NCBI GenBank assembly: GCA_013416795.1 | Contig: RQSC01000030.1 | Coordinates: 185,965 to 249,964, forward strand | Direction of reading: 5' to 3' | DNA from: Prasinococcaceae sp. CCMP 1430 | Lineage: Eukaryota > Plantae > Prasinodermophyta | Length of the DNA stretch: 64,000 nucleotides | Part shown: piece by piece, positions 1 through 9,385 of the stretch | How the letters are laid out: each line of letters starts with the position of its first letter | Position numbering within the stretch: position 1 is the stretch's first letter | Notes under the pieces: model-generated | What the model saw: the letters and a program-made list of their open reading frames with translations, nothing else | Told to the model about the DNA's origin: nothing | Database searches by the model: none | Made by a program: the position numbers and the translations under genes

Positions 1-44
1 CCGCCGCCGGCCGTGCGGTAGCACGCCGACAGGCACGCCCCCAT
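1..44 (-). CDS. Possible 5' end of a gene running off the left edge (MGACLSACYRTAGG...), with an N-myristoylation/palmitoylation-like start
   Basis: Minus-strand ATG at 44 in GCCATGG context reads MGACLS, matching MGxCxS. Only 14 codons are visible. Confidence 0.3.
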   Translation of the reverse strand, partial: MGACLSACYRTAGG

Positions 45-1733
45 GGCCCGGCCACTCGTGCGGCGCTCCGACCTGCCCCCTACAAGCCCCGCCGGGGCTG
101 CAGCGCCCTCCGACGCGCGCCCGCGCGACAGGGCCGCCGCCGCGGCCCCGGCGTCGGAAGACATGGCACAGACCTGACGGGGCGCAGCAGCAGCGGAGTC
201 AGCGCGGGCTCGGCGTCTCGCGACGAGCGCGTGGGGGCGGACGACGCCGGAGAGGGTCGCCGGCGCCCCGCTCACACACACGCTAAAAAAAAAAATCAAC
301 GGCCGGAAATCGCGCGCGCGACGGGCACGCGAGCGCACCCTCGCGCCGCGCCCCGGCCGCGCGCGGGGCGCCCCACGTTCCCCCCTCCTCGCGACGCGAT
401 CGCTCGTCTGAGTGCCCGAGCGACGCGGCGCTGCCGGGGAGGGGCGAGGGGCGGGGGGAGGCCGGAGGGCCGCGGCGCGCGCTTCCCGGCTGCCGCGTCG
501 CGCGTCGCGCGCCAAAACCAAAAAAGCAAAAAGAAAAAAAGACACACACACGCACCAGAAAAAGAGCTGGCGGTTTGCGGGGACCCGCGGCGGCGCCCGC
601 GCGGCGCCGCGGCGGCCGTGTCCGGTCGCACCCTAACTACGAATTCGCCGCGCCTCGCGCGCCGACTGGGCCCGCGGCGCCGCCCTCGCCCGCCTTGCAC
701 ACGCACAGCCGCACCGCGACGACCGATGGGGGACGGCGACCGCCCCCTCACCTCATCCCACCCCTCCTATCCCGCCCCGCCCCGTCCCAGCACGCACACG
801 CGCACTCCAGCCATCGCTCACGCACCCGCGCGCACCTCTGCACCGGCCGGGGAATCAGCCGGCCGATCGCAGCACAGCCGCCGCGCCTCGGCTCCCAACG
901 CGCGCGACCACACACGCGTACGGCGAACACACCCACACCCACATCCACACCCACACCCGCCCACACACGCGCGCGCGCACACACGCGCGCGCACGCACGC
1001 ACGAACACACCCACGACCACACCCACCCACCCGCGCTCGCGCGCGCGAACGCGCACACCCCCCATCACACCCACCCACACATCGATCCACGCGGGCGCGC
1101 GCGCACGCGCGCGCGCCCCCCCACACACACTCCCATCCGCGTCGAGTCGGTCGGCCGGGGTCAGCCAACCGGCCAGCCAGCCAGCCAGCGAGTCGTCGGC
1201 CAGCCAGCCAGCCAGCCAGACCGCGTGCGTACCCGCCGCACCGCGCCGTGTACCGCGCGCGCCGTTCGGGGAACCGCCGCGCACGCACGCACGCGCGCGC
1301 GCAGACAGACGGAGATTCCGGATCTGTCGCGCTCTTGCGGCGCGCATCCCCGTATTCGCTGCCGCGTCCGAATCGGGCGTCCCCGGAGTGACCGGGTCCG
1401 GCCACGAACCGAACCCGGGGGACGATGCCTGACTGACTTGACTGCCTGATGACCGCTCCGCCGGTATCTTTTTTCTTTTTTTTTTTCTTTTTTTCTTTTT
1501 CTTTTTAATTTTATTTTTTTGGCGCGATCTGTTGCGCGCTGCGATCGATGCGGGCCGGCGGGGCGCGCGCGCCCGCGTCAAACGGAACCCCCTTGCGCAC
1601 GTCACATACCATTTCATTCACGCCCGAAATGGATTCCATTTTGAGATGGATTCCGGATGAAAACTCGTGGATTCCGCGCGCGCGCGCCGCCGCCGCGCGC
1701 CGTAGCTCTGCGGGCCGGCGCCGCGGGGCGCCN

Positions 1734-2007
1734 GGGCTCCGGCGCTGCCTGAAGCTCCGCCTCGGCCTTTGGCTCCGCCACTGTCTCCGGATCCACCGTT
1801 GGCCCCGCCGTCGCCACCTCCTCGTCATCCACCTTCGCCTCCACCATCGCCTCCGCGGCTGCGACAATCGCAGCCGGCTCTGCTGCTGGCCTTGTTTCTG
1901 ACACTGCGTGCTCTCGCCCGGCCTTGGGGCGCGGCTGCGCCGCGTCCGTCTCGGCTGCTGGCAGCGGCTCGGCCTCGCTGCCCGCCTCCCCTGCACCCTC
2001 GGCCATT
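1734..2007 (-). CDS. Ala/Glu/Pro-rich low-complexity coding fragment, probably foreign gap-fill sequence
   Basis: MAEGAGEAGSEAEPLPAAETDAAQ...EPKAEAELQAAPEP has protein-like composition and ends at the single N at 1733. It lies where the first exon of the PDI-like gene is expected. Confidence 0.35.
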
Positions 2008-2155
2008 TCTACGGCCGCCTGTCCGACCACCCCTACCTACCCTCTCTTTCTACCCCACTCCTCCCGCGCCCCCGCCGCGAGGCTGTTAAGCGCCGCGCCC
2101 GGCCCGCCGCGCACCTCGGCGCCCGTGCTGACCGTGCCCGCCGCGCCGCGTGCAG

Positions 2156-2873
2156 AGGACACTGCAAGTCCATGAAGCCGGATTGGGACAAGCTCGGCGA
2201 CAAGTATGCGGACTCTGACTCTATTCTCATCGGCGACGTGGACTGCACGTCGGACGGTGGCAAGCCGCTGTGCTCGAAGTACGGCGTCCGTGGCTACCCC
2301 ACGATCAAGACCTTCACGGGCAACCCCATGGGCGACGACTACAAGGGCGGCCGCAAGTACAACGACCTGCTCAAGCACGTCGAGACGAACATGGGCCCCT
2401 CGTGCGGGTACGTGCTCGCCGATCCCTAACCCACCCCACCCCACCCCACTCCAGCCTGCCTGCCCTGCCTTCGCCCGCCGCGCCCTGCGCCGTGGCGCGA
2501 CAGCGTTCCGGCCCGTGTCCCGGGGGGCTCGTGCCGCAGCATGTGCGGGCCACTGACATGTGACTCTTTGCGCGCCCTCGGAACATCGGCGCACGCCAGC
2601 CCCGACCACAAGGACAAGTGCTCGGATGAGGAGCTGAAGGAGCTCGACGAGCTCCTCAAGATGTCGGCCGACGACCTCGACAAGCGCCTCAAGGAGACCC
2701 AGGCCGAGATGGACAAGCTCGGCACGGACTTCGAGGAGTTCGTCAAGGGCCTCCAGAAGTCGTACGAGGAGGCGCAGAGCACCAAGGAGGAGAAGGAGAA
2801 CGCCCTCGCCCCCAAGCTCAAGATGCTCTTCGCCGCGGCCAAGGGCGCCAAGACGGGCAAGGACGAGCTCTAA
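2156..2873 (+). CDS. ER protein disulfide isomerase-like thioredoxin protein, probably a selenoprotein with a (U)GHC site; 5' exon missing. Exons 2156-2407 and 2600-2873
   Basis: GHCKSMKPDWDKL...GDVDCT...KYGVRGYPTIK (thioredoxin a-domain), then CG|PDHKDKCSDEELKEL coiled coil and C-terminal KDEL with TAA at 2871-2873. GT-AG intron 2408-2599 joins in frame (GG|C). Acceptor tgcAG at 2154-2155 leaves an A before GGA CAC TGC. Confidence 0.9.
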
Positions 2874-2989
2874 GCTGAGACGTCCCTCCTGATGACAGCA
2901 GCAGCAAGCATTTCGCCTTATTTTCCGCACGAGACGTTTTCCGTGGCGCACCGGAGCAGCCGCGAAGCACACCCGAGGACAACCAGCGC

Positions 2990-3050
2990 ACTCTCATGAC
3001 GCGCCGGCCCGAAAGCATCACGCTGGGCTGGCGCTGACAACTACGCGAGT
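2990..3050 (+). promoter_or_regulatory. Eukaryotic SECIS element in the 3' UTR of the PDI-like gene
   Basis: ATGAC(2996-3000), GCGCCGGCCCG(3001-3011), AAA, GCATCACGC, TGGGCTGGCGC(3024-3034), TGAC(3035-3038). This gives an 11-bp helix II (9 Watson-Crick, 2 G-U), an AUGA/GA kink-turn core and an apical AAA. Helix I is ACTC(2990-2993)/GAGT(3047-3050). It lies upstream of TGTAA at 3226-3230. Confidence 0.88.
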
Positions 3051-3241
3051 CTCGCAAGAGCAGCTTCCCAATCCTGCCGCGAGACACGCACTCATTGTGC
3101 CTACCTACCTCGAGGGGCTTCACGGCGTCGCGCCGGGGCACCGCCTCCGCCCTATTACCGCTGTTGCCATCTCGGCAGCGCGCCGCGCGCCGTAGCGGGG
3201 CCTCGCTGCCGGGGTCGCTCGGCCCTGTAAACGACGCCCTC

Positions 3242-4299
3242 CTATGGCGCACCTTCGACCGCGCAGACCCGCGCTCGCGTGCGCGCGCCGCGGTCCCGGG
3301 GCATGAGCAGCAGCGCCTCTCGCCGCGCGTGCATCGACTGCCCACGCGCCCGGGCATACTCGGTCGATGTGGCGTACGCCGCGCCTTCCGGATACGCCAC
3401 CGGTGGCGGCGAGCGCTGAACCTGTGATGGGGCGTGAGCCGCGTCGTCGACCTTAGCTCCGTCCTCGTCGCTTTCGGAGTGCAGCTCGCTCGCAAAGCTA
3501 CGGTAAGTAGCCTCCCGTCGCTCCCCCTCTCGGGCTGCTCGTGCCAGAGCGCCCTCGCGGCGCCTCGCGGCCTTGTGCGAGCGTGCGCCATCGCAGGCCA
3601 TCCAGTACGAAGGGTCAGCAAAAAGGTGCGCAGAGCCGTCCTGCGCTTGCGCGCGAGAGCATCGACCGCCGTCGACTTCGAGAAAGACGCTAGTGCGCGC
3701 GAGGCGCGCTCGGACGCTAGTAGTACGCTCGCGAGCGCGCACGCAGACCACTCTTTCGCTTGGCTCACCTTCTCAGGGCACATGGAGCTGTCGCTCACGA
3801 CGAGCGGGCCGTCGTACAGCCTGTCGAAAACCGAGCGCGACACGTATTCGCTCGCTCGTGTGCCGCTCATCGGTGCGCGCGTGGCCCTTGGCACCGCGGA
3901 TGCCGACGCTGGGCGGGGGCGGGGGCGGTGCTGTGCGTGGGGGAGCGTGTCCGTTGCCGGTGCGTGCGCGCGCCTCGCGTGCTCGGGCGGTGCTGAGCTC
4001 CTCCTCCGCCGCCGCTCTGCGGTGGGTGTTTGGGCGTCGCGCCGCGGAGGGCTGTGCGCGACGCGCGTTTTGCGCTTCTCAAACGACGACCACGCTCGCA
4101 GTTCGGCAAGACGTCGCGAACGCTCCTCCTCCCCGTGCGATGCGGCCATCCCGCTCCGGCTCGCCGCCGCGTTGCTCGCAGCCATCGCGCGCGCCGCCGC
4201 CGCGTAGCGTTCTTGTGCGCCCCATGCTGCGTCAAACGCCGCAGCGAACTCGTCTCCACCCTGTTGCGCTCCCTCTACCGCGCGAGAGCGCGCGTGCAT
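3242..4299 (-). CDS. Hypothetical Ala/Arg-rich protein, probably with one intron near 3641-3768
   Basis: MHARSRAVEGAQQGGDEFAAAFDAAW...VSRSVFDRLYDGPL...CPEK followed by donor GTGAG at 3768. It continues in a second frame (DGSAHLFADPSYW...AVEGAP*). No family recognised. Confidence 0.4.
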
Positions 4300-4669
4300 G
4301 CCGCGCAGAAGCGCATCACCGACGCCAGGCGCCGCACCGCGGGGGCCCACGGCCACGCGAGAGGAGGGAGGGGCCGGGCAACAGAGCTGGCAGCGCCCCC
4401 AGCCCTTCCTCCCCTCTCCACCCTGCCCTGCTCTCTCTGCGATCCCTGCGCCGCCCACCAACCCACAGCAGAGCCCCCACAGCCCCACCGCTACCACCAC
4501 ACGCGCGCGCGCGCGCGCTGCGCTCGCGCTGTGGCGCCGCCGGGTCGCGCCCGCCAGCGTGGCGTCCTGGGGGAACGCGCCGCGCGCGACGCATTCGGAG
4601 CGTGGCAAGAAGATATATGTACATTACAAATTGATATTATTCATACACACGGGAGAGTACTGCGCCGTC

Positions 4670-4773
4670 AGCCTGCTGCGGCGGCGAGCCTGCTGCCGGT
4701 GGCGGTGAGCCTGCTGCCGGCGGCGGCGAGCCTGCTGCCGGTGGCGGTGAGCCTGCTGCCGGTGGCGGCGAGC
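4670..4773. repeat. 21-bp minisatellite (GAGCCTGCTGCCGGYGGCGGY), about 5 copies
   Basis: Units start at 4687, 4708, 4729 and 4750 (21-bp period), with a shorter first unit at 4670. Confidence 0.9.
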
Positions 4774-4889
4774 GCGACAGCGGCGGGTGGCGAGGGTCGA
4801 GGACGCGCGAGAGGCGCGCGTCATCGACCGCTCACGGCCGCGGGAGCAGGGGCGCCGTGTCTGACGGCGTCGCGGGGCCGCCCACGTGG

Positions 4890-5332
4890 TCAGCGCGCGC
4901 CGGGGCGGCGCAGGCGGGCGCTGACGAGCAGCAGCGCGCACCGCCGCCGCGGCCCCCAGACGCGAAGCCAGTCCACCAGCACGCCTTCGAGCGCGCCGTT
5001 GTAGCGCGCTTCGATTCGCGTGTACGCCACCCAGCCCGGCAGCAGCGCGGCGGTCACCGCCAGGCTGTACAGCTTGCCGAAAGCCAGCAGGCCCGCAAGC
5101 CCGCCGAGCAGCGCAAGCGCGCCTGCCGCGGCCAGGACGAGCAACACGCGCTCGTGCGGCTTCCCCGCCGCACGCAGCGCCACGCGTAGCGCCGCAGCAT
5201 CCGCTGCCTCGACGCCCAGACGCGCGGCTGCCTCGGCCTCCTCCGCGCGCGGCGGGTGGAGCGCGAACGGGCTCGCACAGCGCACGACCGCGCCCCACGG
5301 GTCGGCCCACTCGCCCAGCCGCGCGGCGGCCT
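4890..5332 (-). CDS. 3' part of a hypothetical membrane protein; 5' end lost in gap 5333-5560
   Basis: Long hydrophobic stretch VLLVLAAAGALALLGGLAGLLAFGKLYSLAVTAALLPGWVAYTRIEARY. Downstream minus-strand TGTAA at 4624-4628. Confidence 0.5.
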
Positions 5333-5825
5333 NNNNNNNNNNNNNNNNNNNNNNNNNNNNNNNNNNNNNNNNNNNNNNNNNNNNNNNNNNNNNNNNNNNN
5401 NNNNNNNNNNNNNNNNNNNNNNNNNNNNNNNNNNNNNNNNNNNNNNNNNNNNNNNNNNNNNNNNNNNNNNNNNNNNNNNNNNNNNNNNNNNNNNNNNNNN
5501 NNNNNNNNNNNNNNNNNNNNNNNNNNNNNNNNNNNNNNNNNNNNNNNNNNNNNNNNNNNNCGCGCGCGAGCGAGCGAGCGGGAGGTGCGCGCGCGTGCGT
5601 GCGTGCGTGCGTGCGTGTGTGCGCGCGTGGGCGAACGGCGTTGGGGGGCGGCGGGCGAGGGGTGTGGCGGCGGGCATCATGAGGGCGTCGGCACGCGGCC
5701 CCAGGGCTCTGCGGCGCACGCCACGCAGCCCGTTGCCCGTCCGGGTGTGGCAGCGGCGGCGGCGGTGGCATTTGTCGCAGCGCGCGCTCTTCGTGCTTGG
5801 CGGATATTTCTCGTCCGTGCGGTGG

Positions 5826-7829
5826 ATGGCGGTAATGGCGACCGTGACAGCGGCGGCAGTGCTGGTGGCTTTCGCGCGGACAGCCTCGGCTGTGGGGAGT
5901 TCGCCGCACTTGTCGCCTGAGGACGCTGCAGGTGGCGGGAGCACCCCGAGCACCGCGGCGCAGCGTCAGCAACAGCCTGAGCAGGGAAGCGCCGTGCCAC
6001 AAGGCGACGGCAGTGGTGGAGGTGAGGATTCGACGGCGGCGGAAGTGGGAGACGGCGCAACGACGGGCATGCAGCTGTCGCAGGAACAAATTACGGCAGC
6101 TCTTTTCGCCACCGACCGCCTGCGTTCGCCGCGATGTCCTACGTTGAAGGGAGATACGGGCGCGTCGAGTCTGCAGTCCGAGTCCGCGAACGGCACGGAC
6201 GCCGGCGGGGAGAGCGGAGCCGGCGAGGACCAACAAGAGGGCAGTGGGGGCGAGGAAGGCCCCGTGCTGCCGGTGTGCATTTCAGTGCACCAGATTCCGC
6301 CTCGGCAGGGCACAAACGACAGCGCCGACGATGCGCCGCCGTTGCTAGAGGAAATCGGTGTGGAGGGTGCGAATGGAGAGGCCAACTTGACCGCTCCAAC
6401 CGACGACCAAAACGTCGTCTGGGCCATCAGCCTGTCGCTCAGTGTGCCAATCGAGGCGTTCAGCTTGCGGTTTGCGCTTCTGGAGGACACACGCCTGAGC
6501 GGCGCCGGTGGTGCTGCCGGTGACGTGCAGTCGCCATCTGGCTCGCCCCATACTGGGTCGCACCAGTTCGCCAACGCCGACTTCTCGGGTGGCTTCTCTG
6601 GCGCCGCTCTGGCTGCCGCGCTCTCAACTAGGACTGTCACAGACGACTGGGATGTCGATCCACCGAATGGGGGACAATTTGTGCCAAAGGTCGAGCTGTC
6701 GACGCCGTATTGGACGTTTGACGCGCGCTCCGTGCAGTCAGAAACGATACCGGGGGCAGCAGCCGCCGAAGGAAGCGCCTTAGGCGGCCAAGACGACGGC
6801 ATGGACAACGAGATGCAAGGTGCAAACACTGATGCCGCCGAAGGCTCTGGCACTGCTGCGACCCATGGTGGCAGCGACGGCGATGCGGACAATGCTGTGA
6901 CTGCTGAGCACAAGAGCAGCGCCGACGACGTGGTGGCTGTCACGGCCACTCAGCTCCTGGAGATCCACGCACATCGCGTGAAACCCGAAGGAGGCAAGAA
7001 GCTGCAGGCGCCGGGCGCCAGCCCGCTGCTCTATTTTCGCCTGCCCGCAGAACACGTCACCACTTTACTGGAAGACGGCACGCGCGTCGTCACGCACTCG
7101 CTGTGCGTATTTGATGCGACCTTCATCGACACTCTTGAGGCCGCGGCGTCGCTCGAGTGGTCGGGCGGCGGCTCCAGATGCACCCTCGTGCCCCCTCTTT
7201 CGGGCGAGCGTCCGCAGCAACCAATTCCAAGCCCGCCGGCGCCACCACTCGCAGTTGACCAGGATGAGTCCACGCCAGACGTAGTGCTGGAGCTTTCTTT
7301 CGAGGGCGACGGCACTGCCGGCATCGGCGCGGCCGGCGGTGGCGACGGCGATGGAAGCGGCGTCCTCGGCGGAGCTGCGATCGGAGGGGACGGCGTCGGC
7401 GCGCCGTTGGCGCCAGGGATGCCGCCCGCTGAGCAAGTCATCCTCGCCGTCAACGTGATAAGCGCCAATGCTCCAATCATGGTGCTCGCGTTCACGCTCG
7501 TTGACGCAGACAACACCTCCGTGCCCATACTGAGCGCTGGCGGAGGGCAGGCCGCATCTCTCGGATACGCCGTCAGCGTGAGCCGCCAATTCGGTCTCTT
7601 CCAGGCTGTCTGTCTCACCGGCGACCTCGCGCCTGGTCTGGCAGGTGAAGATGGAAGCGGCGGCGCGCCGTGCGAGCCCCTCCAACCCAACCAGGCGGGC
7701 GAGAACGCCTTGCGGCTTGTCGCGCTGGTGCTGTCGCCGAACCCAAACACCAGCCTGCCCCTGCGCCTCGAGAACGCAGTCGGCGTGTCGGACAGCGGGG
7801 GCATGCTCACCGTGGCGTCGAGTCCGTAG
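5826..7829 (+). CDS. Secreted or surface acidic Gly/Ala/Ser-rich protein with two predicted beta-sandwich modules
   Basis: Signal-peptide-like MAVMATVTAAAVLVAFARTASA. Long stop-free frame with acidic linkers and two alternating-hydrophobic segments. Confidence 0.7.
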   Translation: MAVMATVTAAAVLVAFARTASAVGSSPHLSPEDAAGGGSTPSTAAQRQQQPEQGSAVPQGDGSGGGEDSTAAEVGDGATTGMQLSQEQITAALFATDRLRSPRCPTLKGDTGASSLQSESANGTDAGGESGAGEDQQEGSGGEEGPVLPVCISVHQIPPRQGTNDSADDAPPLLEEIGVEGANGEANLTAPTDDQNVVWAISLSLSVPIEAFSLRFALLEDTRLSGAGGAAGDVQSPSGSPHTGSHQFANADFSGGFSGAALAAALSTRTVTDDWDVDPPNGGQFVPKVELSTPYWTFDARSVQSETIPGAAAAEGSALGGQDDGMDNEMQGANTDAAEGSGTAATHGGSDGDADNAVTAEHKSSADDVVAVTATQLLEIHAHRVKPEGGKKLQAPGASPLLYFRLPAEHVTTLLEDGTRVVTHSLCVFDATFIDTLEAAASLEWSGGGSRCTLVPPLSGERPQQPIPSPPAPPLAVDQDESTPDVVLELSFEGDGTAGIGAAGGGDGDGSGVLGGAAIGGDGVGAPLAPGMPPAEQVILAVNVISANAPIMVLAFTLVDADNTSVPILSAGGGQAASLGYAVSVSRQFGLFQAVCLTGDLAPGLAGEDGSGGAPCEPLQPNQAGENALRLVALVLSPNPNTSLPLRLENAVGVSDSGGMLTVASSP

Positions 7830-7973
7830 CGGCTCGCCACAGCCAGATGTTTGGTAATTCTCGACTGGGCGAAAAACGGGCGAAAGTTGGCGGGGGGGCA
7901 CACACCTGCCTGCGCTCGCACGCGCCTGCGTGCGCTCGCCACTCGGCGCGCGCGCCTCGGCGCGCGCGCCGCG

Positions 7974-9025
7974 ATGGCGTCGTGGACCATCGAGCCGCCG
8001 CCGCGCCGCAGCAAGCTTGCGACGGGCGAGGCGGGGGGCGGCGCGCTCCCGGTGCGCACGTCGGAGACGCACCCCATCAGCGTCAGCTGGGTGCTCGGCA
8101 GCCGAGCCGAGGCGCCGCCGCCGTCGTCGGAGGCGGCGGCATGCGCGGGCTCGGGCAGCGGCGGCTCGCTCGCGCTATGCTATTGTCCGGGCAAGCGCCT
8201 CGTGCGCGACGGCGTTGAGTGGCGGCGCGATATGCGCGCCGACGCGCAGGTGCGTGTGTGCGCCCTCGGCAGCGTGGGCGTCAGCGCGCGCGCGCAAAAA
8301 ATCGTTGGTGGGACGCGTGAGTGCGCCCAGCCCGCGGGCGGGCGTCCGTGCGTAAGGCATCGCGCGCGCACGCGCGCGCCCGTGGCACTGACGCACTCGC
8401 TCTGCCGCTCCTTCCGACGCCCGCGCGCCCCAACGCATGCCCCTGCGCAGCGCCTGCGCAAGGACCATGGTCTGGGCGCGCTTGTGTGCCTCGTGAGTGA
8501 CTTCGAGCTGCGCGCACTGGGTGTGGATACGCGAGCATACGCGGCCGAGCTCGCGGCCGCTGGCATCGAGTCGGTACGCTTCCCGATCGTGGAGATGGCG
8601 GCGCCGGATTCCGTCGCCGAGACGCGAGCGCTGCTCGAGCGGGTGCTCGAGATGATGGGTCCGTCGTGCGCGCGCACCCAAGCCACCTCGTGAGCATGCG
8701 CGCACACGCGCTGCGCTGCGCGCGACCCGCACTTGCGGCACCCTTTGACGTGCTCGGCGCCGACGCCCTGACGCCCTCCGCGCTCGCCGGCTCCACCGCA
8801 GAGCACGGGACCGACGTCGCGCTGCACTGCCGGGGCGGCGTGGGGCGGGCAGGCACCCTCGCGGCGTGCGCGCGGCTCATGCGCGGCGCGGACTCGGGCT
8901 CCGGCGCCGCCATCGCGGCGGTGCGCCGCCTGCGCTGCAAGAGGGCGGTGGAGAGCCGCAGGCAGGAGCAGTTCGTCGCCGCGTTCCTCCGGGCGATGAT
9001 CGCCTGTGAACAGAGGGCGTGCTGA
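7974..9025 (+). CDS. CDKN3-like cysteine protein tyrosine/dual-specificity phosphatase; exons 7974-8249, 8451-8658, 8802-9025
   Basis: RTSETHPISVSW, LCYCPGK...WRRDMRAD, FPIVE and catalytic HCRGGVGRAG (CX5R). Both GT-AG introns join in frame (DAQ|RLR; MG/AG gives ME-HGTDVALHC). Confidence 0.88.
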
Positions 9026-9215
9026 CCGCAGCTCGTCGTCGAGCGATGATCGCCTGTGTATTGAGGGCGCGCCCGCTCAAGCGGCTCGTCGCCGAGCTCG
9101 CCAAGGGATGCGGCCGTCGGTGCGACGGCCCACGGCCATCGCCACCGGCCGCAGTGCCGCCGCGGGTGGCGCCCGCCGCACCCCGCGACGACCAGCGCAT
9201 GCACCCCGTGGCGTT

Positions 9216-9233
9216 TGTAAATTTGTTGTTACA
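9216..9233. terminator. Back-to-back UGUAA poly(A) signals between convergent genes
   Basis: TGTAA on + at 9216-9220 and on - at 9229-9233, between the phosphatase stop (9025) and the TRX-m stop (9386). Confidence 0.6.
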
Positions 9234-9385
9234 GTGTACGTTTGTTTTGCGTCCGGCGGGCGCGGCAGTCACCGCCGCGCGCGCCTCAAACGTTGCAGTG
9301 CTGCGTACCCCCCCTCCTCCTCCGAACCCAATACACGCGCCCAATCCACCTTTGCCCAATGCCCCCCAGCGCGTGCGAGGAGTGC

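Noticed and set aside
231-1432. Long ORFs of 285-386 aa rich in R/A/P/H/T
   Set aside because: They are translations of (CA), (CG) and (GCCA) simple repeats in GC-rich intergenic DNA, with no domain or splice logic.
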